Source: Auanema rhodensis
Taxonomy: Eukaryota; Animalia; Nematoda
DNA length: 64,000 bases
Reading direction: 5' to 3'
Assembly: GCA_964057225.1 (NCBI GenBank)
Contig: OZ059894.1
Location: forward strand, 18,228,001 to 18,292,000
The notes under the pieces are model-generated. The model was not told the DNA's origin. It searched no databases and saw only the letters and a program-made list of their open reading frames with translations. The translations under genes and the position numbers were made by a program. Of this stretch, positions 41,001 through 54,961 are shown piece after piece (position 1 is the first letter of the stretch; each line of letters begins with the position of its first letter).

Positions 41001-44000
41001 TAATTAGCATAAATTAAAGTTCACGTAAATTTCAAAGTCATGGTTACCATGCACCAGTATCAATAAAAATTTGTTTTTGGACTAATATGGCCATGGGGAA
41101 TCTAATTTTGAAAACCGCATCTCTTTATCTTTCACGGAAAGCGAGTTACATACCATGTGCACATCACGTGTACATTTAATTAGCATAAATTAAAGTTCAC
41201 GTAAATTTCAAAGTCATGGTTACCATGCACCAGTATCAATAAAAATTTGTTTTTGGACTAATATGGAAATGGGGAATCTAATTTTGAAAACCGCATCTCT
41301 TTATCTTTTACGGGAAGCGAGTTACATACCATGTGTAAATCACGTGTACATTTAATTAGCATAAATTAAAGTTCACGTAAATTTCAAAGTCATGGTTACC
41401 ATGCACCTATATCAATAAAAATTTGTTTTCAGTCTAATATGGAAATGGGGAATCTAATTTTGAAAACAGCATCTCTTTATCTTTTACGGGAAGCGAGTTA
41501 CATACCATGTGCACATCACGTGTACATTTAATTAGCATAAATTAAAGTTCACGTAAATTTCAAAGTCATGGTTACCATGCACCAGTATCAATAAAAATTT
41601 GTTTTTGGACTAATATGGCCATGGGGAATCTAATTTTGAAAACCGCATCTCTTTATCTTTCACGGAAAGCGAGTTACATACCATGTGCACATCACGTGTA
41701 CATTTAATTAGCATAAATTAAAGTTCACGTAAATTTCAAAGTCATGGTTACCATGCACCAGTATCAATAAAAATTTGTTTTTGGACTAATATGGCCATAG
41801 GGAATCTAATTTTGAAAACGGCATCTCTTCATCTTTGAGTTACATACCATGTGTACATCACGTGTACATTTAATTAGCATAAATTAAAGTTCACGTAAAT
41901 TTCAAAGTCATGGTTACCATGCACCAATATCGATAAAAATTTGTTTTTAGACTAATATGGACATGGGGAATCTAATTTTGAAAACCGCATCTCTTTATCT
42001 TTTACGGGAAGCGAGTTACATACCACGTGTAAATGACGTGTACATTTAATTAGCATAAATTAAAGTTCACGTAAATTTCAAAGTCATGGTTACCATGCAC
42101 CTATATCAAAAAAAATTTGTTTTCAGTCTAATATGGAAATGGGGAATCTAATTTTGAAAACCGCATCTCTTTATCTTTTACGGGAAGCGAGTTACATACC
42201 ATGTGCACATCACGTGTACATTTAATTAGCATAAATTAAAGTTCACGTAAATTTCAAAGTCATGGTTACTATGCACCAGTATCAATGAAAATTTGTTTTT
42301 GGACTAATATGGCCATGGGGAATCTAATTTTCAAAACCCCATCTTTTTATCTATTACGGAGAGCGATTTACATACCATTTGTACATCACGTGTACATTTA
42401 ATTAGCATAAATTAAAGTTCACGTAAATTTCAAAGTCATGGTTACCATGCACCAGTATCAATGAAAATTTGTTTTTGGACTAATATGGCCATAGGGAATC
42501 TAATTTTGAAAACGGCTTCTCTTCATCTTTGAGTTACATACCATGTGTACATCACGTGTACATTTAATTAGCATAAATTAAAGTTCACGTAATTTTCAAA
42601 GTCATGGTTACCATGCGCCTATATCAATAAAAATTTGTTTTTAGTCTAATATGGACATGGGGAATCTAATTTTGAAAACCGCATCTCTTTATCTTTCACG
42701 GGAAGCGAGTTACATATCATGTGCACATCACGTGTACATTTAATTAGCATAAATTAAAGTTCACGTAAATTTCAAAGTCATGGTTACCATGCACCAGTAT
42801 CAATGAAAATTTGTTTTTGGACTAATATGGCCATAGGGAATCTAATTTTCAAAACCCCATCTTTTTATCTATTACGGAGAGCGAGTTACATACCATGTGC
42901 CCATCACGTGTACATTTAATTAGCATAAATTAAAGTTCACGTAAATTTCAAAGTCATGGTTACCATGCACCAGTATCAATGAAAATTTGTTTTTGGACTA
43001 ATATGGCCATAGGGAATCTAATTTTGAAAACGGCTTCTCTTCATCTTTGAGTTACATACCATGTGTACATCACGTGTACATTTAATTAGCATAAATTAAA
43101 GTTCACGTAATTTTCAAAGTCATGGTTACCATGCGCCTATATCAATAAAAATTTGTTTTTAGTCTAATATGGACATGGGGAATGTAATCATAAAAACCGC
43201 ATCTCTTTATCTTTCACGGAGAGCGAGTTACATACCATGTGCACATCACGTGTACATTTAATTAGCATAAATTAAAGTTCACGTAAATTTCAAAGTCATG
43301 GTTACCATGCACCAATATCAATAAAAATTTGTTTTTAATCTAATATGGCCATGCGGAATGTAATCATAAAAACCGCATCTCTTTATCTTTCACGGAGAGC
43401 GAGTTACATACCATGTGCACATCACGTGTACATTAAATTAGCATAAATTAAAGTTCACGTAAATTTCAAAGTCATGGTTACCATGCACCAGTATCAATGA
43501 AAATTTGTTTTTGGACTAATATGGCCATAGGGAATCTAATTTTCAAAACCCCATCTTTTTATCTATTACGGAGAGCGAGTTACATACCATGTGCCCATCA
43601 CGTGTACATTTAATTAGCATAAATTAAAGTTCACTTAAATTTCAAAGTCATGGTTACCATGCGCCTATATCAATAAAAATTTGTTTTTAGTCTAATATGG
43701 CCATGGGGAATCTAATTATGAAAACCGCATCTCTTTATCTTTTACGGGAAGCGAGTTACATACCATGTGTAAATCACGTGTACATTTAATAAGCATAAAT
43801 TAAAGTTCACGTAAATTTCAAAGTCATGGTTACCATGCACCAATATCGATAAAAATTTGTTTGTAGACTAATATGGACATGGGGAATCTAATTTTGAAAA
43901 CCGCATCTCTTTATCTTTCACGGGAAGCGAGTTGCATACCATGTGCACATCACCTGTACATTTGATTAGCATAAATTAAAGTTCACGTAAATTTCAAAGT

Positions 44001-46955
44001 CATGGTTACCATGCACCAATATCAATAAAAATTTGTTTTAAGACTAATATGGCCATGCGGAATGTAATCATAAAAACCGCATCTCTTTATCTTTCACGGA
44101 GAGCGAGTTACATACCATGTGCATATCACGTGTACATTTAATTAGCATAAATTAAAGTTCACGTAAATTTCAAAGTCATGGTTACCATGCACCAATATCA
44201 ATAAAAATTTGTTTTTAATCTAATATGGCCATGCGGAATGTAATCATAAAAACCGCATCTCTTTATCTTTCACGGAGAGCGAGTTACATACCATGTGCAC
44301 ATCACGTGTACATTTAATTAGCATAAATTAAAAATCACGTAAATTTCAAAGTCATGGTTACCATGCACCAGTATCAATGAAAATTTGTTTTTGGACTAAT
44401 ATGGCCATGGGGAATCTAATTTTCAAAACCCCATCTTTTTATCTATTACGGAGAGCGAGTTACATACCATGTGCCCATCACGTGTACATTTAATTAGCAT
44501 AAATTAAAGTTCACTTAAATTTCAAAGTCATGGTTACCATGCGCCTATATCAATAAAAATTTGTTTTTAGTCTAATATGGCCATGGGGAATCTAATTATG
44601 AAAACCGCATCTCTTTATCTTTTACGGGAAGCGAGTTACATACCATGTGTAAATCACGTGTACATTTAATAAGCATAAATTAAAGTTCACGTAAATTTCA
44701 AAGTCATGGTTACCATGCACCAATATCGATAAAAATTTGTTTTTAGACTAATATGGACATGGGGAATCTAATTTTGAAAACCGCATCTCTTTATCTTTCA
44801 CGGGAAGCGAGTTACATATCATGTGCACATCACGTGTACATTTAATTAGCATAAATTAAAGTTCACGTAAATTTCAAAGTCATGGTTACCATGCACCAAT
44901 ATCAATAAAAATTTGTTTTTAGTCTAATATGGCCATGCGGAATGTAATTATAAAAACCGCATCTCTTTATCTTTCACGGAGAGCGAGTTACATACCATGT
45001 GCACATCACGTGTACATTTAATTAGCATAAATTAAAGTTCACGTAAATTTCAAAGTCATGGTTACCATGCACCAGTATCGATGAAAATTTGTTTTTGGAC
45101 TAATATGGCCATAGGGAATCTAATTTTCAAAACCCCATCTTTTTATCTATTACGGAAAGCGAGTTACATACCATGTGCCCATCACGTGTACATTTAATTA
45201 GCATAAATTAAAGTTCACTTAAATTTCAAAGTCATGGTTACCATGCGCCTATATCAATAAAAATTTGTTTTTAGTCTAATATGGCCATGGGGAATCTAAT
45301 TATGAAAACCGCATCTCTTTATCTTTTACGGGAAGCGAGTTACATACCATGTGTAAATCACGTGTACATTTAATTAGCATAAATTAAAGTTCACGTAAAT
45401 TTCAAAGTCATGGTTACCATGCGCCTATATCAATAAAAATTTGTTTTCAGTCTAATATGGAAATGGGGAATCTAATTTTGAAAACCGCATCTCTTTATCT
45501 TTTACGGGAAGCGAGTTACATACCATGTGTAAATCACGTGTACATTTAATTAGCATAAATTAAAGTTCACGTAAATTTCAAAGTCATGGTTACCATGCAC
45601 CTATATCAATAAAAATTTGTTTTCAGTCTAATATGGAAATGGGGAATCTAATTTTGAAAACAGCATCTCTTTATCTTTTACGGGAAGCGAGTTACATACC
45701 ATGTGCACATCACGTGTACATTTAATTAGCATAAATTAAAGTTCACGTAAATTTCAAAGTCATGGTTACCATGCACCAGTATCAATAAAAATTTGTTTTT
45801 GGACTAATATGGCCATGGGGAATCTAATTTTGAAAACCGCATCTCTTTATCTTTCACGGAAAGCGAGTTACATACCATGTGCACATCACGTGTACATTTA
45901 ATTAGCATAAATTAAAGTTCACGTAAATTTCAAAGTCATGGTTACCATGCACCAGTATCAATAAAAATTTGTTTTTGGACTAATATGGCCATAGGGAATC
46001 TAATTTTGAAAACGGCATCTCTTCATCTTTGAGTTACATACCATGTGTACATCACGTGTACATTTAATTAGCATAAATTAAAGTTCACGTAAATTTCAAA
46101 GTCATGGTTACCATGCACCAATATCGATAAAAATTTGTTTTTAGACTAATATGGACATGGGGAATCTAATTTTGAAAACCGCATCTCTTTATCTTTTACG
46201 GGAAGCGAGTTACATACCACGTGTAAATGACGTGTACATTTAATTAGCATAAATTAAAGTTCACGTAAATTTCAAAGTCATGGTTACCATGCACCTATAT
46301 CAAAAAAAATTTGTTTTCAGTCTAATATGGAAATGGGGAATCTAATTTTGAAAACCGCATCTCTTTATCTTTTACGGGAAGCGAGTTACATACCATGTGC
46401 ACATCACGTGTACATTTAATTAGCATAAATTAAAGTTCACGTAAATTTCAAAGTCATGGTTACTATGCACCAGTATCAATGAAAATTTGTTTTTGGACTA
46501 ATATGGCCATGGGGAATCTAATTTTGAAAACCGCGTCTCTTTATCTTTTACGGGAAGCGATTTACATACCATTTGTACATCACGTGTACATTTAATTAGC
46601 ATAAATTAAAGTTCACGTAAATTTCAAAGTCATGGTTACCATGCACCAGTATCAATGAAAATTTGTTTTTGGACTAATATGGCCATAGGGAATCTAATTT
46701 TGAAAACGGCTTCTCTTCATCTTTGAGTTACATACCATGTGTACATCACGTGTACATTTAATTAGCATAAATTAAAGTTCACGTAATTTTCAAAGTCATG
46801 GTTACCATGCGCCTATATCAATAAAAATTTGTTTTTAGTCTAATATGGACATGGGGAATCTAATTTTGAAAACCGCATCTCTTTATCTTTTACGGGAAGC
46901 GAGTTACATACCATGTGCACATCACGTGTACATTTAATTAGCATAAATTAAAGTT
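38040..46955 (+). repeat. 24/27-monomer higher-order duplication (offset 4722 bp, then 4194 bp)
   Basis: AAAATCACG marker precedes monomers 39614/44336 (+4722). The CAAAAAAAA marker is in monomers 42068/46262 (+4194). The first copy has an extra 3-mer (AAAACAGC monomers 40846 and 41374, 528 bp apart). Confidence 0.87.
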
Positions 46956-47131
46956 CACGTAAATTTCAAAGTCATGGTTACCATGCACCAGTATCAATAA
47001 AAATTTGTTTTTAGTCTAATATGGACATGGGGAATCTAATTTTGAAAACCGCATCTCTTTATCTTTCACGGGAAGCGAGTTACATACCATGCGCACATCA
47101 CGTGTACATTTAATTAGCATAAATTAAAGTT

Positions 47132-47815
47132 CACGTAAATTTCAAAGTCATGGTTACCATGCACCAGTATCAATAAAAATTTGTTTTTGGACTAATATGG
47201 CCATAGGGAATCTAATTTTGAAAACGGCATCTCTTCATCTTTGAGTTACATACCATGTGTACATCACGTGTACATTTAATTAGCATAAATTAAAGTTCAC
47301 GTAAATTTCAAAGTCATGGTTACCATGCACCAATATCGATAAAAATTTGTTTTTAGACTAATATGGACATGGGGAATCTAATTTTGAAAACCGCATCTCT
47401 TTATCTTTCACGGGAAGCGAGTTACATACCACGTGTAAATGACGTGTACATTTAATTAGCATAAATTAAAGTTCACGTAAATTTCAAAGTCATGGTTACC
47501 ATGCACCAGTATCAATAAAAATTTGTTTTTGGACTAATATGGCCATAGGGAATCTAATTTTGAAAACGGCATCTCTTCATCTTTGAGTTACATACCATGT
47601 GTACATCACGTGTACATTTAATTAGCATAAATTAAAGTTCACGTAAATTTCAAAGTCATGGTTACCATGCACCAATATCGATAAAAATTTGTTTTTAGAC
47701 TAATATGGACATGGGGAATCTAATTTTGAAAACCGCATCTCTTTATCTTTCACGGGAAGCGAGTTACATACCACGTGTAAATGACGTGTACATTTAATTA
47801 GCATAAATTAAAGTT
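47132..47815 (+). repeat. Dimer (166+176 = 342 bp) tandem duplication
   Basis: A deletion monomer plus a CCACGTGTAAATGACG monomer occur at 47132/47298 and again at 47474/47640. A similar 342-bp dimer is at 177-850. Confidence 0.85.
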
Positions 47816-48695
47816 CACGTAAATTTCAAAGTCATGGTTACCATGCACCTATATCAATAAAAATTTGTTTTCAGTCTAATATGGAAATGGGGAATCTAAT
47901 TTTGAAAACCGCATCTCTTTATCGTTTACGGGAAGCGAGTTACATACCATGTGCACATCACGTGTACATTTAATTAGCATAAATTAAAGTTCACGTAAAT
48001 TTCAAAGTCATGGTTACTATGCACCAGTATCAATGAAAATTTGTTTTTGGACTAATATGGCCATGGGGAATCTAATTTTGAAAACCGCGTCTCTTTATCT
48101 TTTACGGGAAGCGATTTACATACCATGTGTACATCACGTGTACATTTAATTAGCATAAATTAAAGTTCACGTAAATTTCAAAGTCATGGTTACCATGCAC
48201 CAGTATCAATGAAAATTTGTTTTTGGACTAATATGGACATGGGGAATCTAATTTTGAAAACCGCATCTCTTTATCTTTTACGGGAAGCGAGTTACATACC
48301 ACGTGTAAATGACGTGTACATTTAATTAGCATAAATTAAAGTTCACGTAAATTTCAAAGTCATGGTTACCATGCACCTATATCAATAAAAATTTGTTTTC
48401 AGTCTAATATGGAAATGGGGAATCTAATTTTGAAAACCGCATCTCTTTATCTTTTACGGGAAGCGAGTTACATACCATGTGCACATCACGTGTACATTTA
48501 ATTAGCATAAATTAAAGTTCACGTAAATTTCAAAGTCATGGTTACCATGCACCAGTATCAATAAAAATTTGTTTTTGGACTAATATGGCCATGGGGAATC
48601 TAATTTTGAAAACCGCATCTCTTTATCTTTCACGGAAAGCGAGTTACATACCATGTGCACATCACGTGTACATTTAATTAGCATAAATTAAAGTT

Positions 48696-51600
48696 CACGT
48701 AAATTTCAAAGTCATGGTTACCATGCACCAGTATCAATAAAAATTTGTTTTTGGACTAATATGGCCATAGGGAATCTAATTTTGAAAACGGCATCTCTTC
48801 ATCTTTGAGTTACATACCATGTGTACATCACGTGTACATTTAATTAGCATAAATTAAAGTTCACGTAAATTTCAAAGTCATGGTTACCATGCACCAATAT
48901 CGATAAAAATTTGTTTTTAGACTAATATGGACATGGGGAATCTAATTTTGAAAACCGCATCTCTTTATCTTTTACGGGAAGCGAGTTACATACCACGTGT
49001 AAATGACGTGTACATTTAATTAGCATAAATTAAAGTTCACGTAAATTTCAAAGTCATGGTTACCATGCACCTATATCAAAAAAAATTTGTTTTCAGTCTA
49101 ATATGGAAATGGGGAATCTAATTTTGAAAACCGCATCTCTTTATCTTTTACGGGAAGCGAGTTACATACCATGTGCACATCACGTGTACATTTAATTAGC
49201 ATAAATTAAAGTTCACGTAAATTTCAAAGTCATGGTTACTATGCACCAGTATCAATGAAAATTTGTTTTTGGACTAATATGGCCATGGGGAATCTAATTT
49301 TGAAAACCGCGTCTCTTTATCTTTTACGGGAAGCGATTTACATACCATTTGTACATCACGTGTACATTTAATTAGCATAAATTAAAGTTCACGTAAATTT
49401 CAAAGTCATGGTTACCATGCACCAGTATCAATGAAAATTTGTTTTTGGACTAATATGGCCATAGGGAATCTAATTTTGAAAACGGCTTCTCTTCATCTTT
49501 GAGTTACATACCATGTGTACATCACGTGTACATTTAATTAGCATAAATTAAAGTTCACGTAATTTTCAAAGTCATGGTTACCATGCGCCTATATCAATAA
49601 AAATTTGTTTTTAGTCTAATATGGACATGGGGAATCTAATTTTGAAAACCGCATCTCTTTATCTTTTACGGAAAGCGAGTTGCATACCATGTGCACATCA
49701 CCTGTACATTTGATTAGCATAAATTAAAGTTCACGTAAATTTCAAAGTCATGGTTACCATGCACCTATATCAATAAAAATTTGTTTTCAGTCTAATATGG
49801 AAATGGGGAATCTAATTTTGAAAACCGCATCTCTTTATCTTTTACGGGAAGCGAGTTACATACCATGTGCACATCACGTGTACATTTAATTAGCATAAAT
49901 TAAAGTTCACGTAAATTTCAAAGTCATGGTTACCATGCACCAGTATCAATAAAAATTTGTTTTTGGACTAATATGGCCATAGGGAATCTAATTTTGAAAA
50001 CGGCATCTCTTCATCTTTGAGTTACATACCATGTGTACATCACGTGTACATTTAATTAGCATAAATTAAAGTTCACGTAAATTTCAAAGTCATGGTTACC
50101 ATGCACCAATATCGATAAAAATTTGTTTTTAGACTAATATGGACATGGGGAATCTAATTTTGAAAACCGCATCTCTTTATCTTTTACGGGAAGCGAGTTA
50201 CATACCACGTGTAAATGACGTGTACATTTAATTAGCATAAATTAAAGTTCACGTAAATTTCAAAGTCATGGTTACCATGCACCTATATCAATAAAAATTT
50301 GTTTTCAGTCTAATATGGAAATGGGGAATCTAATTTTGAAAACCGCATCTCTTTATCTTTTACGGGAAGCGAGTTACATACCATGTGCACATCACGTGTA
50401 CATTTAATTAGCATAAATTAAAGTTCACGTAAATTTCAAAGTCATGGTTACTATGCACCAGTATCAATGAAAATTTGTTTTTGGACTAATATGGCCATGG
50501 GGAATCTAATTTTGAAAACCGCGTCTCTTTATCTTTTACGGGAAGCGATTTACATACCATGTGTACATCACGTGTACATTTAATTAGCATAAATTAAAGT
50601 TCACGTAAATTTCAAAGTCATGGTTACCATGCACCAGTATCAATATAAATTTGTTTTTGGACTAATATGGCCATAGGGAATCTAATTTTGAAAACGGCTT
50701 CTCTTCATCTTTGAGTTACATACCATGTGTACATCACGTGTACATTTAATTAGCATAAATTAAAGTTCACGTAATTTTCAAAGTCATGGTTACCATGCGC
50801 CTATATCAATAAAAATTTGTTTTTAGTCTAATATGGACATGGGGAATCTAATTTTGAAAACCGCATCTCTTTATCTTTTACGGAAAGCGAGTTGCATACC
50901 ATGTGCACATCACCTGTACATTTGATTAGCATAAATTAAAGTTCACGTAAATTTCAAAGTCATGGTTACCATGCACCAATATCAATAAAAATTTGTTTTA
51001 AGACTAATATGGCCATGCGGAATGTAATCATAAAAACCGCATCTCTTTATCTTTCACGGAGAGCGAGTTACATACCATGTGCACATCACCTGTACATTTG
51101 ATTAGCATAAATTAAAGTTCACGTAAATTTCAAAGTCATGGTTACCATGCACCTATATCAATAAAAATTTGTTTTCAGTCTAATATGGAAATGGGGAATC
51201 TAATTTTGAAAACCGCATCTCTTTATCTTTTACGGGAAGCGAGTTACATACCATGTGCACATCACGTGTACATTTAATTAGCATAAATTAAAGTTCACGT
51301 AAATTTCAAAGTCATGGTTACCATGCACCAGTATCAATAAAAATTTGTTTTTGGACTAATATGGCCATAGGGAATCTAATTTTGAAAACGGCATCTCTTC
51401 ATCTTTGAGTTACATACCATGTGTACATCACGTGTACATTTAATTAGCATAAATTAAAGTTCACGTAAATTTCAAAGTCATGGTTACCATGCACCAATAT
51501 CGATAAAAATTTGTTTTTAGACTAATATGGACATGGGGAATCTAATTTTGAAAACCGCATCTCTTTATCTTTTACGGGAAGCGAGTTACATACCACGTGT

Positions 51601-52507
51601 AAATGACGTGTACATTTAATTAGCATAAATTAAAGTTCACGTAAATTTCAAAGTCATGGTTACCATGCACCTATATCAATAAAAATTTGTTTTCAGTCTA
51701 ATATGGAAATGGGGAATCTAATTTTGAAAACCGCATCTCTTTATCTTTTACGGGAAGCGAGTTACATACCATGTGCACATCACGTGTACATTTAATTAGC
51801 ATAAATTAAAGTTCACGTAAATTTCAAAGTCATGGTTACTATGCACCAGTATCAATGAAAATTTGTTTTTGGACTAATATGGCCATGGGGAATCTAATTT
51901 TGAAAACCGCGTCTCTTTATCTTTTACGGGAAGCGATTTACATACCATGTGTACATCACGTGTACATTTAATTAGCATAAATTAAAGTTCACGTAAATTT
52001 CAAAGTCATGGTTACCATGCACCAGTATCAATATAAATTTGTTTTTGGACTAATATGGCCATAGGGAATCTAATTTTGAAAACGGCTTCTCTTCATCTTT
52101 GAGTTACATACCATGTGTACATCACGTGTACATTTAATTACCATAAATTAAAGTTCACGTAATTTTCAAAGTCATGGTTACCATGCGCCTATATCAATAA
52201 AAATTTGTTTTTAGTCTAATATGGACATGGGGAATCTAATTTTGAAAACCGCATCTCTTTATCTTTTACGGAAAGCGAGTTGCATACCATGTGCACATCA
52301 CCTGTACATTTGATTAGCATAAATTAAAGTTCACGTAAATTTCAAAGTCATGGTTACCATGCACCAATATCAATAAAAATTTGTTTTAAGACTAATATGG
52401 CCATGCGGAATGTAATCATAAAAACCGCATCTCTTTATCTTTCACGGAGAGCGAGTTACATACCATGTGCATATCACGTGTACATTTAATTAGCATAAAT
52501 TAAAGTT
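48696..52507 (+). repeat. 7- then 8-monomer higher-order repeat rich in deletion monomers (periods 1212 and 1388 bp)
   Basis: Equivalent deletion monomers at 48696, 49908 and 51296. CAATATAA deletion monomers at 50602/51990 (+1388). TTACTATG monomers at 49214, 50426 and 51814. Confidence 0.85.
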
Positions 52508-54961
52508 CACGTAAATTTCAAAGTCATGGTTACCATGCACCAATATCAATAAAAATTTGTTTTTAATCTAATATGGCCATGCGGAATGTAATCATAAAAA
52601 CCGCATCTCTTTATCTTTCACGGAGAGCGAGTTACATACCATGTGCACATCACGTGTACATTTAATTAGCATAAATTAAAGTTCACGTAAATTTCAAAGT
52701 CATGGTTACCATGCGCCTATATCAATGAAAATTTGTTTTTGGACTAATATGGCCATAGGGAATCTAATTTTCAAAACCCCATCTTTTTATCTATTACGGA
52801 GAGCGAGTTACATACCATGTGCCCATCACGTGTACATTTAATTAGCATAAATTAAAGTTCACTTAAATTTCAAAGTCATGGTTACCATGCGCCTATATCA
52901 ATAAAAATTTGTTTTTAGTCTAATATGGCCATGGGGAATCTAATTATGAAAACCGCATCTCTTTATCTTTTACGGGAAGCGAGTTACATACCATGTGTAA
53001 ATCACGTGTACATTTAATAAGCATAAATTAAAGTTCACGTAAATTTCAAAGTCATGGTTACCATGCACCAATATCAATAAAAATTTGTTTTAAGACTAAT
53101 ATGGCCATGCGGAATGTAATCATAAAAACCGCATCTCTTTATCTTTCACGGAGAGCGAGTTACATACCATGTGCATATCACGTGTACATTTAATTAGCAT
53201 AAATTAAAGTTCACGTAAATTTCAAAGTCATGGTTACCATGCACCAATATCAATAAAAATTTGTTTTTAATCTAATATGGCCATGCGGAATGTAATCATA
53301 AAAACCGCATCTCTTTATCTTTCACGGAGAGCGAGTTACATACCATGTGCACATCACGTGTACATTTAATTAGCATAAATTAAAGTTCACGTAAATTTCA
53401 AAGTCATGGTTACCATGCACCAGTATCAATGAAAATTTGTTTTTGGACTAATATGGCCATAGGGAATCTAATTTTCAAAACCCCATCTTTTTATCTATTA
53501 CGGAGAGCGAGTTACATACCATGTGCCCATCACGTGTACATTTAATTAGCATAAATTAAAGTTCACTTAAATTTCAAAGTCATGGTTACCATGCGCCTAT
53601 ATCAATAAAAATTTGTTTTTAGACTAATATGGACATGGGGAATCTAATTTTGAAAACCGCATCTCTTTATCTTTCACGGGAAGCGAGTTACATATCATGT
53701 GCACATCACGTGTACATTTAATTAGCATAAATTAAAGTTCACGTAAATTTCAAAGTCATGGTTACCATGCACCAATATCAATAAAAATTTGTTTTTAGTC
53801 TAATATGGCCATGCGGAATGTAATTATAAAAACCGCATCTCTTTATCTTTCACGGAGAGCGAGTTACATACCATGTGCACATCACGTGTACATTTAATTA
53901 GCATAAATAAAAGTTCACGTAAATTTCAAAGTCATGGTTACCATGCACCAGTATCAATGAAAATTTGTTTTTGGACTAATATGGCCATAGGGAATCTAAT
54001 TTTCAGAACCCCATCTTTTTATCTATTACGGAAAGCGAGTTACATACCATGTGCCCATCACGTGTACATTTAATTAGCATAAATTAAAGTTCACTTAAAT
54101 TTCAAAGTCATGGTTACCATGCGCCTATATCAATAAAAATTTGTTTTTAGTCTAATATGGCCATGGGGAATCTAATTATGAAAACCGCATCTCTTTATCT
54201 TTTACGGGAAGCGAGTTACATACCATGTGTAAATCACGTGTACATTTAATTAGCATAAATTAAAGTTCACGTAAATTTCAAAGTCATGGTTACCATGCGC
54301 CTATATCAATAAAAATTTGTTTTCAGTCTAATATGGAAATGGGGAATCTAATTTTGAAAACCGCATCTCTTTATCTTTTACGGGAAGCAAGTTACATACC
54401 ATGTGTAAATCACGTGTACATTTAATTAGCATAAATTAAAGTTCACGTAAATTTCAAAGTCATGGTTACCATGCACCTATATCAATAAAAATTTGTTTTC
54501 AGTCTAATATGGAAATGGGGAATCTAATTTTGAAAACCGCATCCCTTTATCTTTTACGGGAAGCGAGTTACATACCATGTGCACATCACGTGTACATTTA
54601 ATTAGCATAAATTAAAGTTCACGTAAATTTCAAAGTCATGGTTACCATGCACCAGTATCAATAAAAATTTGTTTTTGGACTAATATGGCCATAGGGAATC
54701 TAATTTTGAAAACGGCATCTCTTCATCTTTGAGTTACATACCATGTGTACATCACGTGTACATTTAATTAGCATAAATTAAAGTTCACGTAAATTTCAAA
54801 GTCATGGTTACCATGCACCAATATCGATAAAAATTTGTTTTTAGACTAATATGGACATGGGGAATCTAATTTTGAAAACCGCATCTCTTTATCTTTTACG
54901 GAAATCGAGTTGCATACCATGTGCACATCACCTGTACATTTGATTAGCATAAATTAAAGTT

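Noticed and set aside
53873-54073. 66-aa plus-strand ORF
   Set aside because: It is open because a T-to-A change at 53909 removes the usual TAA. It is translated satellite.
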